DNA of 56,643 nt. Source: a virus. Taxonomy: Duplodnaviria > Caudoviricetes. The notes below the pieces were generated by a model, which worked only from the letters and a program-made list of their open reading frames with translations, had not been told where the DNA came from and ran no database searches. Made by a program: the position numbers and the translations under genes. How positions within the stretch are numbered: position 1 is the first letter of the stretch; every line of letters starts with the position of its first letter. Shown in pieces: positions 55,866 to 56,643 of this stretch. The stretch covers positions 1 to 56,643 of IMG/VR virus record IMGVR_UViG_3300033508_000293; one strand, written 5' to 3'.

Positions 55866-56643
55866 TTAAATTCTAAATGCTACATTCACAACAACAATTA
55901 CATTTGATAATGCAGAACCAACTGAACCAGCAACTGCAACAACTTGTATAAGATCACCAATATTGAAATCTAAATTAGCATTTGTTAAAGTAGTTCCTTT
56001 ATTACTTATTGATATTGTTGATGTTACCTTATTTACTAAACTATTATTAACTCTTATTTCTATATTTTTTACAGCAGTTAATGTATTATCATTTTCAACT
56101 GCTACACCTATTATTGTTCCATTTCTAACCATTTTAAATCCCGATGTACTTGATTGTGTTGCATCACCAATTCTCATATAAGTAGTTGTACCAGCTGTAA
56201 CATTTGCTCTACCACAAGTTAAAGAATCTTTAAATATTGTTACCCATTTAGTTCTACCACTATCCCAATTAAATAATAAATCAACATCAGTTCTGTAATA
56301 TAAATCACCACTCATAGGAATAGGTGGAAATGATGTTCCTTTTTGAACATTACTGGTTGTTGTTTCCCCACTAATAGCAGTTACATCACCATATGCAACA
56401 TTAACTAAAACAACAGCATTATTTAAAGCAGAGCCAGTTAATCCAGATGTTGCAGCAACTTGAATAAGGTCACCTGCATTAAAATCTAAATTAGAATTAT
56501 CCACTGAAATACTTTTACTACTACTTGGTATATTTAAAGTAACTTTATTAACTAAACTATTATTAACCCTTACTTCTATATTTTTAGGAGAAGTTAAAGT
56601 ATTATCATTTTCAATAGATGCACCTACAATAGTACCTTTTCTA
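55866..56643 (-). CDS. virion structural protein with tandem duplicated beta domain (5' end outside window)
   Basis: Frame is open to the window end; R.GTI.G...ENDNTLT..KNIE.RVNNSLVNKVT...NLDFN.GDLIQV occurs twice. Confidence 0.75.
   Translation of the reverse strand, partial: RKGTIVGASIENDNTLTSPKNIEVRVNNSLVNKVTLNIPSSSKSISVDNSNLDFNAGDLIQVAATSGLTGSALNNAVVLVNVAYGDVTAISGETTTSNVQKGTSFPPIPMSGDLYYRTDVDLLFNWDSGRTKWVTIFKDSLTCGRANVTAGTTTYMRIGDATQSSTSGFKMVRNGTIIGVAVENDNTLTAVKNIEIRVNNSLVNKVTSTISISNKGTTLTNANLDFNIGDLIQVVAVAGSVGSALSNVIVVVNVAFRI

Noticed and set aside
3353-56181. Short alternative-frame or antisense ORFs in the track (e.g. 3353, 3361, 7911, 9584, 14060, 15070, 16696, 16778, 19550, 22819, 27475, 27584, 28395, 28517, 30123, 31763, 31779, 32315, 32798, 33490, 35938, 39209, 44741, 47098, 50457, 55963)
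   Set aside because: They lie within or opposite better-supported genes and have shadow-like composition.
1-56643. Stop-codon reassignment (TAG or TGA), as in some large Bacteroidetes phages
   Set aside because: Known genes are full length in code 11; TAG ends the Nudix gene and TGA ends the neck gene at the expected positions.
1-56643. Bacterial chromosome origin (ligA, smpB, rpsU, deoC, kinases)
   Set aside because: These genes are scattered among neck, gp46-like, split PolB, fibre and homing-endonuclease genes, with no bacterial operon context.

Overview
Very AT-rich, gene-dense 56.6 kb segment that reads as part of a jumbo (huge) T4-like phage genome, most likely infecting a Bacteroidota host. 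Evidence for the host: a Bacteroidetes-type bS21, five TAnnTTTG (-7) promoter boxes (three with TTTG 19-20 nt upstream), and few Shine-Dalgarno sites. The standard genetic code fits. Recognisable genes: NAD-dependent DNA ligase (partial), rpsU, smpB, Pth2-like peptidyl-tRNA hydrolase, DeoC-like aldolase, isochorismatase-like hydrolase, gp46/Rad50-like ATPase, GH16 hydrolase, gp13-like neck protein, vWA protein, the N-terminal half of a split family-B DNA polymerase, three zinc-repeat PD-(D/E)XK homing-endonuclease-like genes, TnpB, a C5 DNA methyltransferase, a three-gene histidine-kinase/receiver phosphorelay, a Nudix hydrolase, a tape-measure-like protein and tail-fibre genes. The most striking unexplained structure is a system of short peptide tags on unrelated proteins. 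(i) About a dozen proteins carry an N-terminal leader resembling the T4 capsid-targeting sequence. (ii) Two adjacent ORFs (5554-10252) are strings of 12 modules of about 113-143 aa, each ending in P-x-Y-x-P-[KR]-[KR], with most internal copies followed by LE/LNE, suggesting prohead-protease-processed cargo polyproteins. (iii) Several small ORFs share a C-terminal R-x-x-K-[LI]-x-x-[LI] tail. Other highlights: a strong SD in front of rpsU, a DeoC lacking its Schiff-base lysine, an unannotated divergent pair of ribbon-helix-helix genes, and two candidate structured RNAs. All functional calls come from motif recognition by eye; no searches were run.
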